From assembly GCA_028693955.1 (NCBI GenBank), contig JAQUUH010000001.1:80260-144259 (forward strand): a DNA stretch of 64,000 bases, read 5' to 3'. The notes under the pieces were generated by a model. That model saw nothing but the letters and a program-made list of their open reading frames with translations, searched no databases and was not told where the DNA came from. The translations under genes and the position numbers were made by a program. Numbering within the stretch: position 1 is the first letter of the stretch; every line of letters begins with the position of its first letter. Positions 10,600-20,656 of the stretch are shown here, one piece after another. This DNA is from Bacilli bacterium. GTDB lineage: Bacteria; Bacillota_I; Bacilli_A; RFN20; UBA1709.

Positions 10600-12432
10600 T
10601 TAAATAATATTTATTTCTTTTAATCTATCTTCAACAAATTGATTTGTATACAAACGATAATAATATCCATTCAATTGCATCAATTCTTCATGTTTTCCCA
10701 TCTCGGTTATTTGACCATTTTGGATAACCAAAATTAAATCAGAATTTGTTATTGTCGAAAGTCTATGTGCAATTATAAAACTTGTCCTTCCTTTTAAAAG
10801 ATTTCCAATTGCTTTTTGAATTACATATTCTGTTTGAGTATCAATACTAGATGTTGCCTCATCTAAAATTAAAATACTTGGATCAGCAATTATTGCTCTA
10901 GCAAAAGATATTAATTGCTTTTGACCTTGTGACAATCTATTACCACTTTCTCCAACTTCTGTATCATAACCTTTTTCAAGTAATCCAATAAACTCATGGG
11001 CGTTTGCAGCTTTTGCCGCTGCTACAACTTGTTCATCAGTTGCCTCAAGGTTACCAAAACGAATATTTTCCTTAATTGTTCCACTAAATAGATGCGGAGT
11101 TTGCATTACATAACCTAAATTAGCATGTAGCCAACCAATTGATCGCTTTTTGTAGTCAACACCATCAATAAGAATTTGACCATCTGTTGGCTCATAAAAT
11201 CTACTTAATAAATTAACAATTGTAGATTTACCAGCACCTGTTTCTCCAACTAATGCAACAGACATTCCTGGTTTAACATTCAAGTTGAAATTTTTTAAAA
11301 TAGTTGGTCCTGTTGAATATTTAAATGAAACATTCTTAAATTCAATTTCACCTTTTATTTTTTCCCAATTTTCTTTTTTGGGATTTGTGTAATCACCATA
11401 CTTTTGAATTACTTCTTCAGAATCAATTAATTCAGGTTCAATAGCAATTATGTTATATACTCTTTCTGCAGCAACTTGTGCCATTTTCATTTCATTTGAA
11501 ACTCTTGAAACAGTAAGTACTGGATCAAAAAACATCATGGTATAAGAGACAAACATAAATAATATTGCATAATCAAGTCTACCACTAACCACTTCAATTC
11601 CGCCAAAATAGGCCATTGCAGCTATTCCAGCAGCAGCAAGTACAGCAAGTATTTGATAATAACTAGAATTGATAAATGCTGCTTTAATTGAAAAGCGTTT
11701 ATATCTATCAACTATTTTTGAAAAAGCTGACAAATTTTTTTCTTCAAGAACCAAAGATTTTGAAGTCTTAGCACCACTTATTCCTTCATTTAAGGCACTG
11801 CTAACTTGTGAATGAGCTTTTCTAACTTTCCAGGAATATTTCATAACGATTCTTCTAAAAAATATTCCTATAGTTAGAATTGTTGGCACTACAATTATCA
11901 TAATCAACGAAAGTCTTGCATTTGTAACAATCATTATGACTAGTATGAATACTAATTTAAAGACACAAGATATGGCATCCACAAGACCCCAAGAAATAAT
12001 TTCACTAACACGACTTGTATCATTTGTTGTTCTTGAGATTAACCATCCAACGGAATATTTATCAAAAAATGAGTATGACAACTCTTGAAGATGAGCAAAG
12101 CAATTACCAGTAAGTTGTCTATATAAATACATTTCAATTTTTGCTGCTGAAAATACGTATATTTTCACAAATATTACTTCAAAAATTATCATAGCAACCA
12201 TTAACACGATAAATGAAGAAAAACCATCCATTGATTCACCATTAATAAACTTTCCAAACCCATATTCTGAAATAAGTTTCACAAAATATGTCTCAATAAA
12301 TGTCAAGACTGCTACAGCAATTAATCCCCAAATAACAATTTTTTTATACGGGGTCAAACTTTTTATGATTTTTTTCCATAATTTTAAATTTAATTTAGAG
12401 GAAAGATCATAATCATCAAATTCTTCATACAT
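10600..12432 (-). CDS. ABC transporter, fused permease/ATP-binding subunit (exporter type)
   Basis: A 6-TM N-terminal domain is fused to an NBD with Walker A GETGAGKST, signature LSQGQKQL and Walker B ILILDEATS. Confidence 0.8.
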   Translation of the reverse strand: MYEEFDDYDLSSKLNLKLWKKIIKSLTPYKKIVIWGLIAVAVLTFIETYFVKLISEYGFGKFINGESMDGFSSFIVLMVAMIIFEVIFVKIYVFSAAKIEMYLYRQLTGNCFAHLQELSYSFFDKYSVGWLISRTTNDTSRVSEIISWGLVDAISCVFKLVFILVIMIVTNARLSLIMIIVVPTILTIGIFFRRIVMKYSWKVRKAHSQVSSALNEGISGAKTSKSLVLEEKNLSAFSKIVDRYKRFSIKAAFINSSYYQILAVLAAAGIAAMAYFGGIEVVSGRLDYAILFMFVSYTMMFFDPVLTVSRVSNEMKMAQVAAERVYNIIAIEPELIDSEEVIQKYGDYTNPKKENWEKIKGEIEFKNVSFKYSTGPTILKNFNLNVKPGMSVALVGETGAGKSTIVNLLSRFYEPTDGQILIDGVDYKKRSIGWLHANLGYVMQTPHLFSGTIKENIRFGNLEATDEQVVAAAKAANAHEFIGLLEKGYDTEVGESGNRLSQGQKQLISFARAIIADPSILILDEATSSIDTQTEYVIQKAIGNLLKGRTSFIIAHRLSTITNSDLILVIQNGQITEMGKHEELMQLNGYYYRLYTNQFVEDRLKEINII

Positions 12433-12434
12433 AA

Positions 12435-14252
12435 TTATTTCCCCTCACTTTCATTGCTATCACTGGAAACAAAATGATTTTGAATGTTCCATATTTCCTG
12501 ATATAATCCTGGTTTTTTAATCAAATCATCATGAGTTCCTACTTCTGTTATTTCTCCATCTTCCATAACAATAATTCTATCTGCTTCCATAGCAGTTGAT
12601 ATTCTATGAGTAATAATAATTGTTGTTCTATCTTCTTCTTTTGTTTTTAAAGCACTTCTAATTTTTATGTCAGTTTCACTATCGACAGCACTTAAAGAAT
12701 CATCAAAAATTAAAATTGGTTTATATTCTACTAGAGTTCTTGCAATAGCAATTCTTTGCTTTTGACCTCCAGATAAAGTCACTCCTCTTTCACCGACTAT
12801 TGTATTATATCCTTCTTCAAATCTTTCAATATCGTTTGAAACAGCTGCAACTCTTGCAACAGATTTTATTCTGGAAGAAGTTTCCAAATCATTTGCATCA
12901 ATTTTATTCAAAACAATTCCAATATTTTCAGCAATTGTTTTTGAAAAAAGAAATGGTTCTTGTAAAACAATACCGACATTTTTTCTCAAATATTTTTTGT
13001 TAATTTCTTTAATATCTATGCCATCAAGTAATATTTTCCCTGAGGTACAATCTAACATCCTATTGAGCATACTAACAAGAGTGGATTTACCACTTCCAGT
13101 TTTACCAATTAAAGCTATTGTTTCTCCATGATTTATATCAAGATTTATATTTCTAATTGTAGGTGTTGATCCATCTTTAAAAGTAAAAAATACATCTTCA
13201 AATTTTATGTTTCCTTTGATTTTTGGCTTTAATTTACCATCATTTGCAAATTCTGTAGGTTCATCTACTATTTCAAGAATTCTACTACCAGCAATTTTTG
13301 AACGATTCATCTCACCAATTTGTCTACCAAGTATTCTAGTTGGCCATATTATTGATTCTACATATAAAAACATTGATGTAGCTTCATCAAATTTTAAAGC
13401 TCCACTTTTAACAAAATAAACGCTTAAAACAAAGGCAGTTAACATTAATAAGTAAGATATGCCATCCATTATTGAGTAATAAGAAGACATTTTGTTCATT
13501 AATGCATGCCAAGAAGAAATAAATTTATCCATTGCTTTATTAAATTTATTAATCTCATATTTTTCATTTGCAAAAGCCTTAACAACACGTATCCCAGTTA
13601 AATTTTCTTGAACATCTGTTGTTAATGCTCCTTCAGATTCCTCTATATTCGTAAATATATAAGCATTCTTTCTAAAATAAATAACAGCGCCTAAGAATAT
13701 AAGAGGAATAGGAATCAATAAATATATTCCTAAACGAGAGTTTATAAGAAGCATTTGATAAGAATAAATTACTATTTGCAATAAAGCATTGAAACATGCT
13801 GGCAAAATTTGTCCTATAAAACGCTTAACTCTTGTAATATCAGAAATACTTCTTTGTATTAAGTCTCCAGTTTGAGCGTGATTTAAATATGAATATGGTA
13901 ATTCTTGAACGTGGTTATAAAAATCTGTCTGTAAATTATAACCAACGCCTTCACTAACCTCAGCAATTCCAATATCAGCAGATAAATTTGTAATATCTCT
14001 TATTAATGCAGTTCCTACAATACACACTGCAACTAATAACAATTGAGTAACTAAATTTTTCCCAACAAAAATATTATTTATCACATTAGGCAATGTCGAT
14101 TCACTATTTTCGTTTAATATTGCAAAAACCTTACCTACAAATAGTGGAATCAAACTTCTTAAATAATTAAGAAATACTAACGACAATATAACCAATAATA
14201 ATTTTAAAAGATTTCCTTTAATATATCTTTTAAATATCTTATATATCTCCAC
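12435..14252 (-). CDS. ABC transporter, fused permease/ATP-binding subunit (heterodimer partner)
   Basis: It carries a TMD plus an NBD with GKTGSGKST, LSGGQKQR and LIFDDSLSAVD. It is adjacent to the other half-transporter and shares its operon. Confidence 0.8.
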   Translation of the reverse strand: MEIYKIFKRYIKGNLLKLLLVILSLVFLNYLRSLIPLFVGKVFAILNENSESTLPNVINNIFVGKNLVTQLLLVAVCIVGTALIRDITNLSADIGIAEVSEGVGYNLQTDFYNHVQELPYSYLNHAQTGDLIQRSISDITRVKRFIGQILPACFNALLQIVIYSYQMLLINSRLGIYLLIPIPLIFLGAVIYFRKNAYIFTNIEESEGALTTDVQENLTGIRVVKAFANEKYEINKFNKAMDKFISSWHALMNKMSSYYSIMDGISYLLMLTAFVLSVYFVKSGALKFDEATSMFLYVESIIWPTRILGRQIGEMNRSKIAGSRILEIVDEPTEFANDGKLKPKIKGNIKFEDVFFTFKDGSTPTIRNINLDINHGETIALIGKTGSGKSTLVSMLNRMLDCTSGKILLDGIDIKEINKKYLRKNVGIVLQEPFLFSKTIAENIGIVLNKIDANDLETSSRIKSVARVAAVSNDIERFEEGYNTIVGERGVTLSGGQKQRIAIARTLVEYKPILIFDDSLSAVDSETDIKIRSALKTKEEDRTTIIITHRISTAMEADRIIVMEDGEITEVGTHDDLIKKPGLYQEIWNIQNHFVSSDSNESEGK

Positions 14253-14300
14253 AACATCACAACCTTTCTAATAACCAACCATTTATTAACTAATTAACGA

Positions 14301-15584
14301 CTATTCATAGTATGTAAAGGAGAAATCTAGTAGGTTTACAGTGTCTCCATCCTTTGCTCCTTTGTCTTTCAGTGCTTTTTCTATTCCCATTTTTCTCATC
14401 GTAGAAGTTAAATACATGAATCCTTGATCATCGGATATATTAGTCATTTTATAAAGTTTTTCAATTCTTTCTCCTTTTATTTCAAATTGATTCTGACCAG
14501 TTCTCTCAATTACAAATCCAGGAGTATCACCTTTATATTCATATATATATCCTCTAGATTTCTCTTTAACATCTATTAATGAAAATTCAGGAGTTTCAAT
14601 TAATGTGTCTGCGATGTAATAAAGCAAATCATCAAATCCACTCTTTTTCAAGGCGCTAATCGGAAATACTTTATACTTATCTTTATATTTTTTTAAAAAA
14701 CGTTCCAAGTTTTCTTGTGATCCATCTTGATCCATTTTATTTGCGATAACAACCATAGGTCTTTCCATTAATCTCATTTTATAATTTTCAAGTTCATTAT
14801 TAATTATTTCAAAATCTTTTAATGGATCTCTTCCTTCGCTACCAGAAATATCCAAAACATGCAGTAAAATTCTACATCTTTCTATATGTCTCAAAAAACT
14901 TAATCCTAGTCCTTTTCCATTATGAGCTCCCTCTATTAATCCAGGAAGATCAGCTAAAACAAAACTTCTTCCATCTTTTACTTTAACTACACCTATATTG
15001 GGAGATAAAGTAGTGAAATGATAATCTGCAATCTCTGGTTTAGCAGCCGTTACAGAAGCAAGTATTGTCGACTTCCCGACTGATGGAAATCCTACTAAAC
15101 CCGCATCTGCCAATATTTTTAATTCTAAAGTTACATCAATTTCTTCGCCTGGTTCGCCATTTTCTGCAATTCTTGGAACCTGATTAACAGAAGTTGCAAA
15201 TTTTGCATTTCCTCTGCCACCCCTACCACCTTTTGCAATTAATTCTGTTTGACCATTGTTTTTAAAATCAGCAATAATTCTTCCAGAAACATCATCTAAT
15301 ACAATAGTTCCAATAGGTACATTAATAATAATGTCATTTGCATATTTTCCATTACAATTTTTTCCCATTCCCTTGCCACCATCTTCAGCAATGATTTTCC
15401 TCTTATATTTGAAATCAAGCAAAGTAGTTAATCCTGATTTAGCAGTAAAATATACACTTCCACCACGTCCACCATCTCCACCACTCGGACCACCTTTATC
15501 AACATATTTTTCTCTTCTAAAAGCAATCATACCATCTCCGCCTTTGCCTGCTTTTATTCTGACTTTTACTTTATCTATAAACAT
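14301..15584 (-). CDS. obg: GTPase Obg/CgtA
   Basis: The glycine-rich Obg fold (MFIDKVKVRIKAGKGGDG...), G domain GFPSVGKST and a TGS-like C-terminus are present. The true start is ATG at 15584 with a GGAGGTGA RBS. The track ORF is extended upstream. Confidence 0.9.
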   Translation of the reverse strand: MFIDKVKVRIKAGKGGDGMIAFRREKYVDKGGPSGGDGGRGGSVYFTAKSGLTTLLDFKYKRKIIAEDGGKGMGKNCNGKYANDIIINVPIGTIVLDDVSGRIIADFKNNGQTELIAKGGRGGRGNAKFATSVNQVPRIAENGEPGEEIDVTLELKILADAGLVGFPSVGKSTILASVTAAKPEIADYHFTTLSPNIGVVKVKDGRSFVLADLPGLIEGAHNGKGLGLSFLRHIERCRILLHVLDISGSEGRDPLKDFEIINNELENYKMRLMERPMVVIANKMDQDGSQENLERFLKKYKDKYKVFPISALKKSGFDDLLYYIADTLIETPEFSLIDVKEKSRGYIYEYKGDTPGFVIERTGQNQFEIKGERIEKLYKMTNISDDQGFMYLTSTMRKMGIEKALKDKGAKDGDTVNLLDFSFTYYE

Positions 15585-15603
15585 AAAAAATCTCACCTCC
15601 ATT

Positions 15604-15637
15604 TTTTTATAATAAAAACCCCACAAAAAGTGGGGTT
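15604..15637 (-). terminator. Rho-independent terminator after rpmA
   Basis: GC-rich hairpin AACCCCAC-aaaaa-GTGGGGTT (15617-15637) is followed on the minus strand by UUUUAUUAUAAAAAAA. Confidence 0.6.
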
Positions 15638-15649
15638 ATAAGAAACAAA

Positions 15650-15937
15650 TTAAGCTTTAGGATAAACAGAAACCTGAGTTCTTACTTTACCTAATCTCTC
15701 AAATTTAACAACTCCATCTACTAGTGCAAATAAGGTGTCATCTCCGCCTCTACCTACATTCATTCCAGGATGAACTTTTGTTCCTCTTTGACGATAAATA
15801 ATTGAGCCTGCGCTACAAACTTGACCATCACTTAATTTTGACCCCAAACGTTTTGAGTGCGAATCTCTACCATTTTTTGTTGATCCAACACCTTTTTTCG
15901 AAGCAAATAATTGCAGATTTAATTTTAACATCATCAA
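15650..15937 (-). CDS. rpmA: ribosomal protein L27 with a cleavable N-terminal extension
   Basis: [12 protein letters not shown]|[14 protein letters not shown]... shows the Firmicutes-type propeptide that Prp removes before the ASKKG core. Confidence 0.9.
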   Translation of the reverse strand: MMMLKLNLQLFASKKGVGSTKNGRDSHSKRLGSKLSDGQVCSAGSIIYRQRGTKVHPGMNVGRGGDDTLFALVDGVVKFERLGKVRTQVSVYPKA

Positions 15938-15949
15938 TAAACACCTCCT

Positions 15950-16258
15950 CTATCTTTCTTCAGTTATTTTTATATGCTTTGAATAACTTTCCTCAATTGA
16001 TTCTAATTGAATCAAAGTTACTTTAGCAATAATTTGATTTATTGAATCCTCACTAAATTTAATTAGTAAGTAGCCATCATTAATAATATGTTCTGGCTTT
16101 GTGCCAGTAAATTCATAAATTGCGTTAAGACTTCCAACACTTATTGCACTAACTCCTGCACAAACGATATCTTTGCCGTATTCTGCATAGTCACTATGAC
16201 CACTAACTATAATTTCTTTAACAAAATTTTTCTTATATTTAACTATTATGTTAATCAT
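15950..16258 (-). CDS. prp: ribosomal-processing cysteine protease Prp (YsxB family)
   Basis: It is 102 aa with the conserved GHSDYAEYGKDIVCAGVS His/Cys dyad. It sits between rplU and rpmA as in B. subtilis rplU-ysxB-rpmA. Confidence 0.75.
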   Translation of the reverse strand: MINIIVKYKKNFVKEIIVSGHSDYAEYGKDIVCAGVSAISVGSLNAIYEFTGTKPEHIINDGYLLIKFSEDSINQIIAKVTLIQLESIEESYSKHIKITEER

Positions 16259-16566
16259 TATGAATTAATAGATTCTATAGCAACTTTAGTATATGGTTGA
16301 CGATGACCATACTTTTTACGGTAGTTAGCTTTTGCACGGTATTTAAACACAATAACTTTTTTAGCCTTACCTTGTTTTGCAACTTTTGCAGTAACAGTAA
16401 CACCATTTAAATATGGTGTACCAACTTTTATTTTATCTCCACCTAGCATTAGAACTTTATCAAATGTAATAGTATCTCCTTCGGTGGCTTGAAGCTTTTC
16501 AACAAACACAGTATCTCCTACTTGTACTTTTATTTGCTTACCGCCTGTTTCAATAATTGCATACAT
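16258..16566 (-). CDS. rplU: ribosomal protein L21
   Basis: [18 protein letters not shown] is the canonical L21 N-terminus. The true start is ATG at 16566 with an AGGAGGTG RBS. The track ORF is over-extended by 17 codons. Confidence 0.9.
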   Translation of the reverse strand: MYAIIETGGKQIKVQVGDTVFVEKLQATEGDTITFDKVLMLGGDKIKVGTPYLNGVTVTAKVAKQGKAKKVIVFKYRAKANYRKKYGHRQPYTKVAIESINS

Positions 16567-16705
16567 ATATTTACACCTCCTATTTCTGGATTTAGACTCG
16601 CCATTAAGGTGCAACAAATTTGCTTAGTTACCTATTTTGAGCGGTTGCAACCCTCCATTTAAGGTGCAACAAAGTGATTTTATCACATAGTATTATTTAT
16701 GTCAA
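16567..16705 (-). promoter_or_regulatory. rplU promoter plus candidate L21 leader (autoregulatory 5'UTR)
   Basis: Strong sigma-A promoter: -35 TTGACA (16700-16705), 17-bp spacer, extended -10 TGaTAAAAT (16677-16685). The ~105-nt leader has a duplicated 15-nt motif TTGTTGCACCTTAA(A)TGG and a GUUGCA...UGCAAC stem. Confidence 0.45.
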
Positions 16706-16735
16706 TTATCCTAGATAAAATAAATTATTTTACTG

Positions 16736-17401
16736 TTATAATAATCCATTATCTTTTAATGAAAAATACTTTTCTTCACTAACTATTATATGATCTATTA
16801 ACTTTATTCCCATAATCTCACTTGCTTTTATTAATTCTTTTGTAGTATTCAAATCAGAATTACTTGGAAAAACATCACCGGATGGATGATTATGAATTAT
16901 TATTAAACTTTTGGCATTATTTTTTACAGCTTCTCTAAAAATATCCCTAGGATGAACAATATGAAGATCTAGACTACCAATAAAAAGTTTATTACATGCA
17001 ATTATAATATTTTTTGCATTTAAATATATGGCGAAAAATTGCTCTTGTAGTAAATTTTGAATTTGATCTTTAATAAAGTTAAATACATCCTTTGAAGAAG
17101 TAATTTTTACTATTTCATTTTCTTTAATTCTAGATAAAATGCGTCTTGATATTTCAATTGCAGCAATAATACTACATGCCTTAGCATTTTTTAACCCGTT
17201 AATTTTGAGTAATTCTCCAATTCTAGAATTTGCTAAGCCACTTAACCCATTACATTTTTTTAAAATTTCTCCTGAAAGTTCAACGACGTTCTTATCTTTA
17301 CTACCAGTTCTAATAATAACTGCAATCAATTCTAAATCACTTAAATATTCAATACCTTTTTTTATTATTTTTTCTCTTGGTAATTCGAATGATTTTATCA
17401 T
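16736..17401 (-). CDS. radC: RadC-like JAB/MPN domain protein
   Basis: A C-terminal JAMM motif HNHPSGDVFPSNSD and an N-terminal HhH region are present. It is 221 aa. Confidence 0.85.
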   Translation of the reverse strand: MIKSFELPREKIIKKGIEYLSDLELIAVIIRTGSKDKNVVELSGEILKKCNGLSGLANSRIGELLKINGLKNAKACSIIAAIEISRRILSRIKENEIVKITSSKDVFNFIKDQIQNLLQEQFFAIYLNAKNIIIACNKLFIGSLDLHIVHPRDIFREAVKNNAKSLIIIHNHPSGDVFPSNSDLNTTKELIKASEIMGIKLIDHIIVSEEKYFSLKDNGLL

Positions 17402-17628
17402 TAAAATATCATAGAAATAAAACTATTAAAATATACCCCAGGTGACCATTCAAAATTAAATCCTCCAGGGAAACTTATTTTTCCTTTACCAGAGGTATAT
17501 AATTTCCATACAATAACAGTTAATACAGAAATAGCTAAATATGTTAATACTATAGTTAGGGTAATTGCTTCTCCTCCTTTAATAATCTTTGTCTCTTCAA
17601 TACTTACTGAACGTATATTAGTATCCAT
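17401..17628 (-). CDS. small hydrophobic protein (75 aa, one predicted TM), function unknown
   Basis: It has an AAAGGAGGAA RBS 9 nt upstream of the ATG and a TATAAT hexamer (17653-17658) between it and the valS terminator. The stop overlaps the radC start (ATGA). Residues 22-42 are hydrophobic. Confidence 0.4.
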   Translation of the reverse strand: MDTNIRSVSIEETKIIKGGEAITLTIVLTYLAISVLTVIVWKLYTSGKGKISFPGGFNFEWSPGVYFNSFISMIF

Positions 17629-17659
17629 CTTATTAATTCCTCCTTTTTATTTCATTATA

Positions 17660-17698
17660 AAAGAAATTAAAAAATCCTAATGAACACCATTAGGATTT
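17660..17698 (-). terminator. Rho-independent terminator after valS
   Basis: Hairpin AAAATCCTAATG-aacacc-ATTAGGATTTT (17670-17698) is followed on the minus strand by a UUUUAAUUUCUUUU run. Confidence 0.55.
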
Positions 17699-17710
17699 TC
17701 AATTAACAAA

Positions 17711-20338
17711 TTATTGTCTTAAACTTTTGATTTTACTTAACACGCTTTCTTTTTGCTTTTGATAATTTTCTAGTTTTTCTTTTTCTATATCTATTTTTTG
17801 TTTAGGAGCCTTAGAAATAAAATTTGGATTTGATAACATCCCTTCACATCTTTTAATCTCACTGTTTAACTTATCAACATCATTTAATAATCTAGCAATT
17901 TCTTCTTCAATATTGATTTTTGCATCATGCAAAATGATTATTTCAGCCTCCAATACATTAGCAAAATATCCATTAATATCTTTACTTACTTTCTTACTAA
18001 TATCAATATTATCTGTGAATCCAAAACGCATTATATATTGTTTGTTTTCAATTAATTCTTCATATAATTTTTCATTTTGAATTCCAATTTTTAAATTGAT
18101 TTTTTTGTTTGGAGCAAGTCCATTTTCATTTTTATAATTTCTAATTAATTTAATGATTTCAATGATATATTGCATTGTTTTATTATCTTTATCTTCAAAA
18201 CTAATACATTGTGGCCAATTACTATTTATTAAACTAGATGAATCATCATTAATTAATTTTTGATATATTTCATCACTAACAAATGGCATAAATGGATGAA
18301 TCATTTTTAATATTGCAAGCAAAACATAATATAAAACATTTTTAGTATTTTGTACAACTTGTAAATTATCACTATTTAAATTGATTTTTGACATTTCAAT
18401 GTACCACGAACAAAAATCATCCCAAATAAAATTATATAAGTATGTCCCTGCTACAACAAATTCATATTTTTCCATATTTTCATTAATGGACTTTAAAGCA
18501 GTATTAAGTTTTTCAATAATCCACTTATCATTCAATGATAAATCAAGAAAATTTAAACCTGTAAATTTAAAATTTTCCTCAAGATTCATCATTACAAATC
18601 TTGAAGCATTCCAAATTTTGTTAATAAAATTCCATGATGCTTCAACCTTATCTTCATAATAACGCAAATCCAATCCAGGCGCTGAGTTCGTAGTCAAAAA
18701 ATGTCTTAAAGAATCAGCACCATATTTATCAATTACATCCATAGGATCAATACCATTTCCAAGAGATTTTGACATTTTTTTACCTTGAGAGTCCCTAATT
18801 AATCCATGTATTAAAACATTTTTAAATGGTATTTTACCAGTAAATTCAAGTGACTGAAAAATCATTCTTGAAACCCAGAAAAAGATAATATCATATCCAG
18901 TTACTAGTGCATCAGTAGGAAAATAACGATTATAATCATCAGTATTTTCTGGCCATCCTAATGTTGAAAAAGGCCAAAGAGCGGAAGAAAACCATGTATC
19001 TAAAACATCTTCATCTTGATAATAATCTTCCTTGTTCTTAGGAGGTTGCTTACCTACATACACTGATCCATCGATTTTACTATACCATGCTGGTATTCTA
19101 TGCCCCCACCATAATTGTCTAGAAATACACCAATCTTCTATATTTTCCATCCAATTACAAAATATTTTTTCAAATCTTTCAGGAATAAAATTAACCTTAC
19201 TATTTAATTCTTGATTTTTAAGAGCGTTTTCAGCTAAAGGTTTCATTTTAACAAACCATTGGTTAGAAAGGTATGGTTCAACAATAGCGTGTGACCTTTC
19301 TGAATAACCGACTTGATTAATATGCTTTTCAATTTTTTCAACTAATCCTTGATTTTTTAAATCTTCTACTAGTCTACTGCGACACTCAAATCTATCTAGA
19401 CCAGAAAATTTTCCGCAAATTTCATTCATGGTAGCATCCATATTCATGCAAATTATTTTTGGTAAATCATATTTTTCTCCAAGAACAAAATCATTAGCAT
19501 CGTGAGCTGGTGTGCATTTCATTGCCCCGGTTCCAAAATTAATATCTACATATTCATCCCCTATTATTATAAGTTTCTCACCATTTGCAGGATTTATTAC
19601 TTTTTTTCCAATATATTTTTTATATCGATTATCATTAGGATTAACAACCACACAAACATCACCAAACATTGTCTCTGGTCTTGTAGTAGCAATTATTAAA
19701 TATTCATTTATATTATCAGCAAAAACATATTTAAAGTAATATAAATAACTCTCAGTCTCTTCATAGATTACTTCAATGTTAGAAAGAGCAGTTTTTTGAA
19801 CAGGATCCCAATTTATTATTCTATTTCCTTTATATATTAATCCCTTATTATATAAACTAACAAAAACTTCTACTACAGCATTGTTCAGGCCTTCATCAAG
19901 TGTAAATCTTTCTTTACTATAATCCAAAGCAAGACCCAATTTTGCCCATTGACTACGAATAAAATCGGCATATTCTTTTTTCCATTCCCATGTTTGATCA
20001 AGAAATTTTTCTCTTCCTAAATCATATCTTGAAATACCTTTTTCACGAAGTTTTTGCTCCACCTTTGCTTGTGTAGCAATACCAGCGTGATCCATTCCTG
20101 GAAGCCATAAAGTATCATAGCCATTCATTTTTTTATATCTTATTATCATATCTTGTAGAGTGGAGTCCCAGGCATGACCTAGATGCAATTTGCCTGTAAC
20201 GTTTGGAGGAGGAATCACAATACAAAATGCTGGCTTTGATTTATCGCCACATTTAAAGCAATTATTAGAAAGCCATTTTTCATATTTTCCCGCTTCAACT
20301 TCCTTATGATTATAACGCATTGCTAATTCTTTACTCAT
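17711..20338 (-). CDS. valS: valyl-tRNA synthetase
   Basis: HIGH (PPNVTGKLHLGHA) and KMSKS motifs and a C-terminal coiled coil are present. The true start is probably ATG at 20338 (MSKELAMRYNHKEVE) with an AAGGAGG RBS 8 nt upstream. The track ORF begins at an upstream TTG. Confidence 0.9.
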   Translation of the reverse strand: MSKELAMRYNHKEVEAGKYEKWLSNNCFKCGDKSKPAFCIVIPPPNVTGKLHLGHAWDSTLQDMIIRYKKMNGYDTLWLPGMDHAGIATQAKVEQKLREKGISRYDLGREKFLDQTWEWKKEYADFIRSQWAKLGLALDYSKERFTLDEGLNNAVVEVFVSLYNKGLIYKGNRIINWDPVQKTALSNIEVIYEETESYLYYFKYVFADNINEYLIIATTRPETMFGDVCVVVNPNDNRYKKYIGKKVINPANGEKLIIIGDEYVDINFGTGAMKCTPAHDANDFVLGEKYDLPKIICMNMDATMNEICGKFSGLDRFECRSRLVEDLKNQGLVEKIEKHINQVGYSERSHAIVEPYLSNQWFVKMKPLAENALKNQELNSKVNFIPERFEKIFCNWMENIEDWCISRQLWWGHRIPAWYSKIDGSVYVGKQPPKNKEDYYQDEDVLDTWFSSALWPFSTLGWPENTDDYNRYFPTDALVTGYDIIFFWVSRMIFQSLEFTGKIPFKNVLIHGLIRDSQGKKMSKSLGNGIDPMDVIDKYGADSLRHFLTTNSAPGLDLRYYEDKVEASWNFINKIWNASRFVMMNLEENFKFTGLNFLDLSLNDKWIIEKLNTALKSINENMEKYEFVVAGTYLYNFIWDDFCSWYIEMSKINLNSDNLQVVQNTKNVLYYVLLAILKMIHPFMPFVSDEIYQKLINDDSSSLINSNWPQCISFEDKDNKTMQYIIEIIKLIRNYKNENGLAPNKKINLKIGIQNEKLYEELIENKQYIMRFGFTDNIDISKKVSKDINGYFANVLEAEIIILHDAKINIEEEIARLLNDVDKLNSEIKRCEGMLSNPNFISKAPKQKIDIEKEKLENYQKQKESVLSKIKSLRQ

Positions 20339-20656
20339 AAACAATTCCTCCTTAAAAATAAAAAAACGTCCCTATAAGGACGTAAATAACGCGGTACCAC
20401 CTTAATTTATATCTATCTTGATATACTCTTGAAATCTTTAACGCAGATGTACGGAATAACTACTTAATTTCATTAAACATGCTCCCAAACGACTTCTAGC
20501 ATCTACAATTGTTTCATTCCACCACAAGAAACTCTCTATTAATTTTTAATACTATACTACTTTTGTTCTATGCATATATGAATTATATATAGTTGTGAAT
20601 TAAATGTCAATATTTATAAATAAAACCACCGATTACATGCATCGATGGTTTTATAA
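20339..20656 (-). promoter_or_regulatory. T-box riboswitch leader of valS
   Basis: Antiterminator core TAAGGTGGTACCGCG (plus 20391-20405) is followed by terminator hairpin ACGTCC-ctataa-GGACGT (20368-20385) and a U-run just upstream of the valS RBS. Confidence 0.7.

Noticed and set aside
15256-15612. 118-aa Pro-rich plus-strand ORF
   Set aside because: It is the reverse complement of the Gly-rich Obg fold (GGx repeats read as Pro codons) and lies antisense within obg.
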